Assembly: GCA_024704765.1 (NCBI GenBank)
Contig: JAKMXF010000033.1
Span: 62,001-126,000 of the forward strand
Length of the DNA: 64,000 nt
DNA from: Oopsacas minuta
Lineage: Eukaryota > Animalia > Porifera
Reading direction: 5' to 3'
A program made the translations under genes and the position numbers. The notes below the pieces were generated by a model, which saw only the letters and a list, made by a program, of their open reading frames with translations, ran no database searches and had not been told where the DNA came from. This document shows, in pieces, positions 31,887 to 42,998 of this stretch; the stretch's first letter is position 1, and every line of letters starts with the position of its first letter.

Positions 31887-34193
31887 CTAGCATTCTTTCG
31901 ATGTTACCTTAGCAACCAAAGATAAGAGAGGTCTCTTCAGTGCTACCTGGTAAAAAACTTCATGTGAGTATTTTGATTTGACGTTAAACCCTCTGTCTGT
32001 ATGATAAGCCTTTAAGCAGATAGAATTGATACGCTCAGCTAATGGAAGTATGTCTTTCTCTTTGACACCTGTCACAATCTGTACCTCTTCACTCCAGGGA
32101 ATATTATTCATTCTCAGAGCTATGTATAGAGAGCTGATTGCTATCTGTGAAGGGAGTTCTAATGACATAGTGTAGTCAAGGAGTGTTAGTTCTGCTATGT
32201 ATCTAGCTAGGGTGTGTACTTCCATGCTCTGCTTCGAAGCTTTGTGATATCTAAATAGAACATAGTGTATCTGTGGAAACGGGAACGAATGAGACATATC
32301 TGTGTGGGTAAGTTCTATTTAATACTAACAATAATTACCTTCTCAAGAATCTATAAGCTACTGGAGTGTTTATATCATAATCGAGTTGTTTACAAATCTG
32401 TCTTTCCATTTCAATAAACTCTTGCCTCTCAAACGCATCCGCACAGATATAAATAAAATCTTCTAGTGGTGGAGCCTTAACCTCTTCGTATTTACAAGCA
32501 ATTAGGATAGCACAAGCACTCAATAGCTGAATTTTATCTTTCTGCATGTCTCGTGATTTTGCTAGAAACCTAAACACATCATGAAGATAATAAATCTAGT
32601 CCACTTCTGGGAATTCCTATTCCTCACCTATCGATAAGCCTAACAGCTAAATACAGAGTCTCATGGTATAACTCAAAGCTCTCTTGCAGTTCAACCATCC
32701 AGTCAACAAGAATATGTCTCATAGAGAGGGTTAGTTGTGGGTGTCTTGTGAGATAGGGAGTAGGCTTATGTCTCTGCTCCTGACGTAACATATAGGTATG
32801 GATGTGACCTGCATACTCCCATGCGTACAAGGGATTAAACTTCTCCTATAATAATGAAATAGTATAACTAAGGAATAATTATAAGGTATTAATTATAACA
32901 AACAAACCTCTCTGTCTATCTGACAGATATCTTCTTGATCTTGTGAGCTAGCTGTCTCTTGAGTTAGTGATTGGGTTGTCTGGCTAGAATCCTCTCGATA
33001 ACTCAAATCTGATACTTGTTCTAAAAGAATGATAAATAAAGTTATCACTCTGAGGGCCGCGATTTCTCAGGAATTTATTCACTATTAGGGGGAGGGTTAG
33101 TTGCCCACCTAATTGGGCCAAACCGGCTTGGACGATGTAGTCCAAAAAAGCAGACCAACTGTTGAAATACAAATTACCTGTTTTGCTATAATCCAGCATA
33201 AAATAACCTAATGTCCTATTCCAGTAAATAGGAGCAACTACTCTATACTCCATAGCAAATATTCCGTTCAAAACGTAATATTTCCTACTTTTCTGTTCAA
33301 AACACAACAAAGTTTAGAGTAATTATATTGAAAAGATTTATAGAAATGGATTTTAAAAGGCAAGTTACGGAAATGGCATTTGGAATGTGCAATATGGATA
33401 ATACACATTGTATTGAAATAGGTTAGCCTGTGAAATAAAATGGCATAAAGGAATGCAAAATATGTACCATGGACTTCAATTAATAATTAGTTAATTGGAA
33501 CTAATATTTGTTAGTTAATTGGTACTGATATTAATCAGTTCACATTCCATTTATAATTAGGAAATTCTGAATTAACTTTACAGATTATAAGCGGGAAACT
33601 GAGATATGAGATGTATCTTAGAGAAATATTTGTTGAACAAACTCGTTGTCAGGATAATTATAGAAATATTATTGTTATTACAGTATACGCCACATAGTAG
33701 AGCCACCAGCTAATCGGGGCCACTTTACCAGGAATAGAACCATACAAAAGTATTTATTTACTCTATTAATACGAAGTCTACTGTAATTAATTCTACTTAC
33801 TTTGCAGCATACATACAGATAGCTTATTGATTGTACAAGATTGGATAGAGGATTTGGTTGTTTCTAATGAAGGAGAAATCAACATGGGAGAGAAGATTTC
33901 TTCTTGTTGCTTATTCGGACTTGTGATGATATTATTCTATAAACAAACAAATAAATAATTCAATCGTTTGTTTGTTGTTTAGTAAACAAATCAACAACCT
34001 TACTATCAGGAACTTTGAACTCATAAACTTTGGTAACAAGAATAGTCCTCATGACTTTATCAGGAGACCTGGGGACAATAGTACACTTCGGGTCTGATAT
34101 TATATTATTAGTTATGTCCCCAAGTGTTTGTCTCTTGGCAGGAGGGTCAAGAGTACTAGAATTATGATAATCAGGATTCTTTCGCTTCAGCAT
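31887..34193 (-). CDS. CCNB3: Cyclin B3, multi-exon
   Basis: D-box-like RQTLGDITN; cyclin box MRHILVDWMVELQESFELYHETLYLAV..IACKYEE; C-terminal KYSHEVFYQVA characteristic of the B3 subfamily. Confidence 0.88.
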
Positions 34194-34923
34194 TCTGTTG
34201 GCAAGCAATGGTTGTTAGGGTAGCTATATGTTTAAAATCAGTGAATAGTAAAATGAACAGCTGGCATTAACTCATACTCCCAGCACTTATAATCACTAAT
34301 ATTATATTAATTATTCGTATACAGATTACACATTATTCTGCCTTAACTATTGTATAAACTAAATATCAAGCTTCGTAGGATTTCCTTTCTTCAGCTGGAA
34401 CCAACGACCGCACTCACATCTGACAGGTTCCCCAGTTTTTAGTGTCCACCATCTCACGAACGTTTGTTCCTCTTCACCTTAAACAAATAATAATTTGTAA
34501 ACAGTAAACAGGACTAGGAGAACATACAAATACAAAATCACTAAGATTAAGAATTCGCAACTATACACTTTCAAAATAAATTCTAGAAACTGCAAGAACG
34601 AATTAATTACTGTAAAGACACCTCGAGGTAGACAGGAGGTAAATGAGGAAGGAATAATAATAATTATAATTATTCACAAATTCGTAAGCTATTACAAATA
34701 ATATTAAATTCTATGAATGAACTTAACAACCAACAAACACGAGTTAGAATCTCGCGGGAGAACTTTCTTACAAAAGACAGATAATATTTCTTAGAAACTG
34801 CTGAATAGACACAAATGCTATTACACAAGAGACAGTACTAGCGATAAGCCGTCCTGTTCTATAAGTAATGATATTCTATCTGTTTAAGTAATTACAAACT
34901 AATATCAAGAAATATACTCAACA

Positions 34924-36132
34924 ATGGCTGAACGTTATCCAGAAATTGAAGCTCCCTTAGTCATGGACCCGACAGAGGTACGTATCAATCAGCTGTTTGA
35001 TCAGCTGGTACTCTGTCTCAACAGAAGACGGGTTGAGCTAATTAGAGAGTTCCGAGAGAAACGGGAAGAGAGAAGGGCTGCGGTAAGTGAACGTGAACAA
35101 ACTATTCGTCAGCTCCAGGAATCGAAAGCAAATCTACAATCCCAGATGAAAGAGAACTTGCTCCACTCCATGAGAGAGAGGATGATTGAGGAAATGGACG
35201 ATAAGATGAGAGAGCTGCAGGCTACAGTGAGGGAGACAGAGGTGCTGTTTCAGTACGATGCACAACAGATAGAGGAGAGTATCTCTGTGTTAGGTCAGCT
35301 GATAGAGAGGGATATCATCCAGGGACCAAACTACTCAGCTCTCCAACAACCTAAAATATCTGTCGGGAAGAAAGGAACAGATGATGGAGAAATTATAAAT
35401 GCTTTGGGAGTAGTATTCGATGAGAATACTCAACTCATCTACCTAGTACATGGTGTTATTCCAAGTAGTATAATTGTATTCTCTGTTACAGGAGAATACA
35501 TTAAAACAGTGTGTAAGGGAATGATTGGTCTTCCACGACGCATAACTATGAGAGGGGAGGATTTATACGTCAGTGATATCGCCTTCTATTCCATATATCA
35601 TATTAAGTTACCAAACTTCAAATTGGTAACTAATGTAGGTAAGAAGGGAAATGGTGTAAGAGAGTTTAATTCTATAAGTGGCCTCGCTGTATCTACTGAC
35701 GGATCTGTGTTCGTAGCAGATTCTACTAACCACAGGATAGCAGTGATGAATGCTAAGCTAAAACACCAACATTACATCACACATCACACCATGACAGACC
35801 CACGAGATGTTAAACTACTTGATGGTTCATTGTATGTCCTGAGTATTACTGACAACCCGTGTCTACACGTGTTCTCTCCAACTGGTGAGAAGCTATGCTC
35901 TTTTATCACATGTAGTAAGCAGGGTAATGCACAAGTTAAAGGACCAACCACATTCTGTTTCGATAAGAAACAGAATATTCTGATCGGAGACGAAACAGAT
36001 AGAAATATCAAAGTATTCTCTCTAGATGGAGATCTACTTCACACACTGGGAGATACACAAGATGATGACAAGAGAATTGTCCCTTTCGGAATAGTAGTAA
36101 CCAACAGTAACAAGATTATTTGTAGTTCTTGA
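34924..36132 (+). CDS. Coiled-coil + NHL-repeat (TRIM-NHL-like) protein, single exon
   Basis: N-terminal BBC-like coiled coil (INQLFDQLVLCLNRRRVELI) and NHL repeats (EFNSISGLAVSTDGSVFVADSTNHRIAV). Confidence 0.85.
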   Translation: MAERYPEIEAPLVMDPTEVRINQLFDQLVLCLNRRRVELIREFREKREERRAAVSEREQTIRQLQESKANLQSQMKENLLHSMRERMIEEMDDKMRELQATVRETEVLFQYDAQQIEESISVLGQLIERDIIQGPNYSALQQPKISVGKKGTDDGEIINALGVVFDENTQLIYLVHGVIPSSIIVFSVTGEYIKTVCKGMIGLPRRITMRGEDLYVSDIAFYSIYHIKLPNFKLVTNVGKKGNGVREFNSISGLAVSTDGSVFVADSTNHRIAVMNAKLKHQHYITHHTMTDPRDVKLLDGSLYVLSITDNPCLHVFSPTGEKLCSFITCSKQGNAQVKGPTTFCFDKKQNILIGDETDRNIKVFSLDGDLLHTLGDTQDDDKRIVPFGIVVTNSNKIICSS

Positions 36133-36284
36133 TACTAATTTTGGGTTACATATTTTTAGTTAAATTCAATAAATATAAATACCAACAGAGGATCATTTAG
36201 GCACAAGGGAGCGAGGGGGCAACAATAACTCCAAATAAGTAGTACAATCTCTACAAGCACATATAACCTATACTATTATTAGAG

Positions 36285-37248
36285 CTATGTGTGTGTGTGT
36301 GTGTACGTGCAGCTGTTCGGTATGAACCTGTGGTCATAGAAGCTCGACATTGGTACCATACGAAGCGTAACGTTTACAAAATCGCAAAATTTACACACTT
36401 GTTTGAGATATGGTGTGAAACGATCTTGGCCAATCAGATTTAAGCCTCTAATATTAGTTAATTTAATAGTTCCTATTACGCAAAAATATTCAAATATCAA
36501 TTGATTAAACACGTAACTATGTTAGTGAATATAATTATGTGACGTAACCACTAGGTAGATCTGTATATACAAATAATACTAAAGAAATCGGTATACAAAA
36601 GGCAAACAAGGATACCTTCAAAATATATTTTAGAACTTACAAATACATCCAATAATTCTCTCTTCAAACATTGAGTTTACTAAATTAGGATTAGCTCTAC
36701 TCGCCATCCCTAATTCAGGGACTTCCATATTCCAAGGATCCTAGAAACAATAATAATAATGACAGGTACACTAGCAGGATGGGTCCGTCTGCTCTCCCAG
36801 AAACGTGTATAAGAACAATTATTAACGTTACCTGTACTCCAGCCATTAGGGCATCATACTCAAGTTTTTCTATACCTGTAACTTGTTCCTCTTGTGATGG
36901 AATGTGATCTAAACAATAATAAATCTAATTCAGCACAATGATACAATAGAAATCATGTAGACGGGTGACTGGCCTAATTGAGGAGTACTCAATAGCTAAT
37001 TTTCCCGTCAAATATGTAGCACTAACATATTCTATAAATAGAATAGTTGAGTGCAGTTATAATCGTGTACCCCAATGAAAATATTATAGAGATATACAGA
37101 ATTTGTTTTGTCCCTACGAAACTCAAACAAACAAACCTCCACTCTGCCATTTATGCCTGACAACTGTCACTGGTTTGACGTTTCCACGTTTGATAGGACG
37201 AGTTACACATAAACCCCGCATAGCAGAACGGAACAATAGAGCTGACAT
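36285..37248 (-). CDS. COX5B: Cytochrome c oxidase subunit 5B precursor (3' exon uncertain)
   Basis: Mitochondrial presequence MSALLFRSAMRGLCVTRP; spliced DHIPSQEEQVTGIEKLEYDALMAGVQ-DPWNME...NPNLVNSMFEERIIGCI. The last exon could not be assigned with confidence. Confidence 0.72.
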
Positions 37249-37545
37249 TAATTAAGCTAAGCATAATATATTTTGTTTATAAACTATGTGAATAATACTC
37301 TTGGAAATATACCGGAAATTAGGTTATTAGCTGTCCGCTGGACGTAGCTGATTAGTATTAGCTTGGCCTACTAATAGCTAATAGAGGGACAATTCCACCT
37401 TTTCATAGGGGGACATCCCGCCAAAAATGTAACAGCTGTTAAGTATGAAATCAATTGAAGTGTATCCTCGATTATCGAACGCTTTTGAGTTATCACAAAC
37501 AGTTCGGACAATTGAGGTTGCATTCTACGTATAACCGTAAATCTA

Positions 37546-37793
37546 CACTGCCTGGCCAAAAGTATTGGAACACTGTTTACAACTTGTGCACAAGTGGCAT
37601 TAGATGAGAATATGTTGAAAGATTCTATGGATATTCCAGAAAGTAGAACAATAGCTTGTTATCATTCGTTTTACGATATATTTATGTTCAACACTTTTTG
37701 TAATCATCTTTAGCTTATACAACTATGGTAGAATACCCTTTGTTTCAGGTATTAATTGTGGCAGGGTGTTCCAATACTTTTGGCCAGGCAGTG
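37546..37793. mobile_element. Tc1/mariner-type MITE, 248 bp, copy 2 (reverse orientation to copy 1)
   Basis: Same TIRs, TA target-site duplication at 37544-37545 and 37794-37795. I spotted only one substitution relative to 718-965. Confidence 0.88.
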
Positions 37794-38046
37794 TACTGTA
37801 TCCGTAAAATGTTGGAATTTATCACAAATATTTCCAGATTTCCCAAGAAAATATTCACAAGTTTTATGCTAAAATCAGTGTTGAGTAAAAACACGTAAAA
37901 TAAAATTAGATAAACTGTTAGTAATTCCAACAGTTTTAAAATATGAATTAAAATGTGATAAAACAAAATATACTACTCGCCGATAAATATGTTCAAGTGT
38001 ACACGCAGAAGCTGAAACTATCACCTGTATAGTTCCATATATGCAA

Positions 38047-39369
38047 TCATTTGTGAGATAAGTTGTTTATTATTGTTTTGTGTTGTTTATCATCTGTATC
38101 TTTGATACCATAGGGCGTCTGTTGAATCGAATTTACAGGAAATTCATACACAATGGGATCAGTGGAACATCCATGGTCCATTGAACTATTTCCCATAGAG
38201 AATTGGCTTAAAGAATTATTGGTGGTTTCTAATGTACTTAATACGGAACTATTTTGCTCACATAAAGGAGAATCATTTAAAGGTTCACTATTTATACTTC
38301 TGTACTTCTCCAAGACTGGAATCTGATTGGTTGCGATAGATTTATAGCGGAGATATTTAGGGCGTGAAGGGGCACATGATATCGCGATACAATTGGTGAC
38401 AACACCTAAATCAAATGGGTTGTGTCTTTGAGACTTGAATTTCCCTGTCACGTGTTCGTGTGTGTTTCTCCCTTTCAGTATAAGTCCGCAATGAAAACCC
38501 AATAGAGGTAATACGAATAGCAATACGATTATAACAAATGCTATCAAGAGCATTTCAACGATCACCTAGAAAACGTCAATGAATAGAGAATAGATCCAAT
38601 CTGAGTTTATGAGACTCAGACACTCCAATACTCAAGGACCAATTTTGGTAACATGTAAACAAACTGTCATAAAATAGTAAACAAATATACAAATAAACAA
38701 ACCTGTGTAAGACTGTCTCTATATAGCACAATAGTAATTACAGACACAATACAGCCAAATAATATATGTACCGTTAATGATATCAGAAAGTAGAAAAAGT
38801 ATTTATAATTTCTTTTGCCAACACAGTTGTCAACCCATGGACAATGATGGTCGAACCCGTCAACACAGTTATCACATACGGAGCAATGAGAACATCTTGG
38901 GGGTCGATAGAAACGACAAGTCTCACACCAATTTAATTTGTAATCGCAGCCTCTGATCTTTACTTGTATGTGACTTGTCACCTGAAGGGGGTCGACAGGT
39001 GGAGGATCATATATCTGGAGATAAACAAACAAACAAACAATCACTAAAACATTGCTTATAAGATGAACTAGGGATCAGTTCCATACAAATTCCATTATCC
39101 ACCTACGGTAACTAGGGAATACTATAAGGAATGCAGATACAACTAACCTCTCTTGGGAATATACCAGGATCTACAAAGGAAGTTCTGAAGAATGCAATTA
39201 ATACAATAACAAATGTAAATATGCTTAATATTATAATCGGAGCTGAGATCCATCCTGTGACAAGTATCAGGTGTCGGAGAGGGAAGAAGTAGTACAACAG
39301 TGTTACCCCCACGAGGAGGGAGAGGGAGATCAAAAATGGGATCTGTCGGAATGTTACCAACCGTACCAT
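38047..39369 (-). CDS. DHHC palmitoyltransferase, ZDHHC5/8-like, 3 exons
   Basis: DPGIFPR; [45 protein letters not shown]; [14 protein letters not shown] resembles the ZDHHC5/8 TTNEQVTGKF motif. Confidence 0.9.
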
Positions 39370-39707
39370 ACAGCTAACTGAAATAAATAGGCATATAAGA
39401 ATAGATTTCATTGGTCAAATACTTCTGGTATTGGTTATAATATTCGAATTAGTGAATGGGGTCCTGTCCCTCTTGAGAGAGGTATGGACAAAAGTCCGCG
39501 CGATCCTGAGAAACATAGGGGGCGATTGTCATAGAACTTTATCTACTAAAATTAAACGAAAGTTCCCCCGGCTATTAACATGAGGATTGAAAATTTAAAG
39601 TTTGAAATATTAAACACGTGTTTAGCCAAAATAGGCGGAATTCAAAATACCACATAAAGTGGAAATAATAGTAAACAATAAACAAACTCTCATAAGATAA
39701 TATATGT

Positions 39708-40982
39708 TTAATGCAAAAAAGAAATAATGAAGTGATAAGAACAATGATTCCTCAAATTCTTGGAGAAAAGGCGTGAAAGTGTTCTAACCCTGAGTACCTT
39801 AAGAAAGGGATAGAAGGTAAGAATGAGGACAACAGAGAATAAACAGAAGATTAGAAAAATGTAAGAGGACAGATTATTAGTTGAGTTTGATTCCTTTTCA
39901 ATTTTAACATCAGAACCATCTGATATATGTCTGACATGAGAGTTACTTTTATCTGCCGGGTTGTACATGTTACTCTCATTGGGTTCTATTGATTCGTTCT
40001 GGGTTTCAGAGTCCCAAATTAGACCTTGTTGTGTTACCCACACATAGCGACACACTCTACATTGTATCTTGTAGTCCCAAAATGGTTGGTTAAGTCTGAC
40101 AAAATCTGCCTCCAAAGGAGCACTCTTCCAATCGAAATAACTTTGGTATAGACTCTCATTCGTAGCTACTTCCACTAAATAGTAAGCCAAATCGAAGGAA
40201 GATTTGAAATCCCCCGCGTAAATAATCGACCCCTTCGGTACAAACTTCAGCACATCTGCTGTCCCCAGATACACAGGGATACTGCCAGCTCGATGGCAAT
40301 CAAAAACCTTTTCAGTCACATATCCTGGAGTATCTCCGTTCTCAAAGGCCAGACAGAACGCATACTTCCTCAAAGCTTCCTGTTTAGTGCAATCTCTGTC
40401 TCGGCATTTTGGCCAAGGTTTGTTGTTCAAACATTTACCGATACGAGCTACTGGCATTATCTGGTCTAACTCTAAGGTGATTCTTTCCCGATAATTCTTA
40501 GAATTGCAATTGAATACTGTGCTGACTGCCATTTTAAAGGGACTAGAGTTTGGCTCAACTTTCCTCAATTCTCTGTAATCACCTATTCTTATTCTCCATG
40601 GAATCTCAGAATCAGACGCCAGGAGAGCACTTGCCGTGAATATTTGACGGAAATAATGGTTAGAAAGAAGATAGTAGTAGTGCTTACCCTCTGTGGAACC
40701 CCCTATTGATATCGGTGCTCGCTTCTTAGCCATATACGCATAAAACACATCCCAGTTGTTTGTTAGAATATAAAAGATAGCATCTACATTGGGTGAATCT
40801 CCTGTCCACACGCATGGAACGTCACATTCATCCGTCCAGTCTTTGGAGAAGTTCAAATCAGTTTCAAAAGGGAAGAAACGTTTATAAATCACCGGTTCAA
40901 CCAGTATTTTAACCGCGGACACATGTCTCTGCCATAATATAGAAATAGAAAGGAAAATTGACACAAATTTACAACTTATCAT
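39708..40982 (-). CDS. GT10 alpha-1,3-fucosyltransferase-like protein, copy 1, single exon
   Basis: Motifs STVFNCN and YAFCLAFENGDTPGYVTEKVFD..SIPVYLG. First ATG at 40982 (the ORF-track start at 40997 is GTG). Confidence 0.88.
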   Translation of the reverse strand: MISCKFVSIFLSISILWQRHVSAVKILVEPVIYKRFFPFETDLNFSKDWTDECDVPCVWTGDSPNVDAIFYILTNNWDVFYAYMAKKRAPISIGGSTEGKHYYYLLSNHYFRQIFTASALLASDSEIPWRIRIGDYRELRKVEPNSSPFKMAVSTVFNCNSKNYRERITLELDQIMPVARIGKCLNNKPWPKCRDRDCTKQEALRKYAFCLAFENGDTPGYVTEKVFDCHRAGSIPVYLGTADVLKFVPKGSIIYAGDFKSSFDLAYYLVEVATNESLYQSYFDWKSAPLEADFVRLNQPFWDYKIQCRVCRYVWVTQQGLIWDSETQNESIEPNESNMYNPADKSNSHVRHISDGSDVKIEKESNSTNNLSSYIFLIFCLFSVVLILTFYPFLKVLRVRTLSRLFSKNLRNHCSYHFIISFLH

Positions 40983-42835
40983 CAGCCAAATATGCACTCA
41001 ATCAATTCTGAATCTCTAAAGGGAAGGTTTTACTAATTAGAGATTAGACTCAAGTTACCAAAGTTTAAACTTAACAATTGTGATTACTTGTATTCATTAA
41101 GTCTGAATAAATTATACGGGGAATCTGAGCTGGGGATTGTATTATCAACGTAGCATGGCCTCAGCCATGAGGTGATGAGTTTGGACCCTAGGGGCATACT
41201 TGAAGGGTAATTGGGTCTCTCCAATTGGGGAGAACACCTGTTCTTGACAATATCACAACAAGAAGCCTCGAGGAGTATTCAGATATGGTTTCAATATATT
41301 CAATGGAATATTTGCAGGTAAGAAACCTCGGAAATCGTGTATAATAAATGCAAATTTTCAATTAGGTGTTTATGAGCTTTTAGGATATTCTAGTAAATTC
41401 CCCTTAATAATTGTATCCATAGAATATACGAGAAGTTGGATTAATCATAAACCAGTAAGAGAATAAACTGCAAACATAATTAACAACAAAATAGCTGTCT
41501 TGAGTAATATAATGTTACAAATTATCAAAATTCTGACCTAAGTTAGGCCTAGAAATACTTATCTCACATTTCTTGCAAATATATTTACTAAAAGCTGTAG
41601 CAACCTGACAACAAGATGCATGAATATATTTGCTTGTTCCTTTCTATTTCTATATTATGGCAGAGACATGTGTTCGCGGTTAAAATACTGGTTGAACCGG
41701 TGATTTATAAACGTTTCTTCCCTTTTGAAACTGATTTGAACTTCTCCAAAGACTGGACGGATGAATGTGACGTTCCATGCGTGTGGACAGGAGATTCACC
41801 CAATGTAGATGCTATCTTTTATATTCTAACAAACAACTGGGATGTGTTTTATGCGTATATGGCTAAGAAGCGAGCACCGATATCAATAGGGGGTTCCACA
41901 GAGGGTAAGCACTACTACTATCTTCTTTCTAACCATTATTTCCGTCAAATATTCACGGCAAGTGCTCTCCTGGCGTCTGATTCTGAGATTCCATGGAGAA
42001 TAAGAATAGGTGATTACAGAGAATTGAGGAAAGTTGAGCCAAACTCTAGTCCCTTTAAAATGGCAGTCAGCACAGTATTCAATTGCAATTCTAAGAATTA
42101 TCGGGAAAGAATCACCTTAGAGTTAGACCAGATAATGCCAGTAGCTCGTATCGGTAAATGTTTGAACAACAAACCTTGGCCAAAATGCCGAGACAGAGAT
42201 TGCACTAAACAGGAAGCTTTGAGGAAGTATGCGTTCTGTCTGGCCTTTGAGAACGGAGATACTCCAGGATATGTGACTGAAAAGGTTTTTGATTGCCATC
42301 GAGCTGGCAGTATCCCTGTGTATCTGGGGACAGCAGATGTGCTGAAGTTTGTACCGAAGGGGTCGATTATTTACGCGGGGGATTTCAAATCTTCCTTCGA
42401 TTTGGCTTACTATTTAGTGGAAGTAGCTACGAATGAGAGTCTATACCAAAGTTATTTCGATTGGAAGAGTGCTCCTTTGGAGGCAGATTTTGTCAGACTT
42501 AACCAACCATTTTGGGACTACAAGATACAATGTAGAGTGTGTCGCTATGTGTGGGTAACACAACAAGGTCTAATTTGGGACTCTGAAACCCAGAACGAAT
42601 CAATAGAACCCAATGAGAGTAACATGTACAACCCGGCAGATAAAAGTAACTCTCATGTCAGACATATATCAGATAGTTCTGATGTTAAAATTGAAAAGGA
42701 ATCAAACTCAACTAATAATCTGTCCTCTTACATTTTTCTAATCTTCTGTTTATTCTCTGTTGTCCTCATTCTTACCTTCTATCCCTTTCTTAAGGTACTC
42801 AGAGTTAGAACACTTTCACGCCTTTTCTCCAAGAA
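39757..42835. repeat. Inverted duplication: 39757-40955 and 41637-42835 (1199 bp each), 681-bp unique spacer
   Basis: The arms are reverse complements. Over the shared part the proteins differ only at VSA/VFA and SDGSD/SDSSD. Confidence 0.95.
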
Positions 42836-42842
42836 AATTTGA
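41616..42842 (+). CDS. GT10 alpha-1,3-fucosyltransferase-like protein, copy 2, single exon
   Basis: Near-identical to copy 1 but with different extreme N- and C-termini. Confidence 0.88.
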   Translation: MHEYICLFLSISILWQRHVFAVKILVEPVIYKRFFPFETDLNFSKDWTDECDVPCVWTGDSPNVDAIFYILTNNWDVFYAYMAKKRAPISIGGSTEGKHYYYLLSNHYFRQIFTASALLASDSEIPWRIRIGDYRELRKVEPNSSPFKMAVSTVFNCNSKNYRERITLELDQIMPVARIGKCLNNKPWPKCRDRDCTKQEALRKYAFCLAFENGDTPGYVTEKVFDCHRAGSIPVYLGTADVLKFVPKGSIIYAGDFKSSFDLAYYLVEVATNESLYQSYFDWKSAPLEADFVRLNQPFWDYKIQCRVCRYVWVTQQGLIWDSETQNESIEPNESNMYNPADKSNSHVRHISDSSDVKIEKESNSTNNLSSYIFLIFCLFSVVLILTFYPFLKVLRVRTLSRLFSKKI

Positions 42843-42998
42843 TATATTTGTATTGTTATATCGTCATAAAAGCATTTTTGTTGTTTGCATATATGAAATA
42901 TTAATATATAAATATTTACAGAAATATCAACAAAATTTTACAAATATCCAAATCATACAAAAAACCTAAAAATGTACAAAAAGTAAATCGAACTAAAC

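Noticed and set aside
26350-37435. GGGACA/TGTCCC-rich patches (8730-8770, 10765-10795, 26350-26400, 37385-37435)
   Set aside because: Reminiscent of hAT subterminal motifs, but I could not define termini or TSDs.
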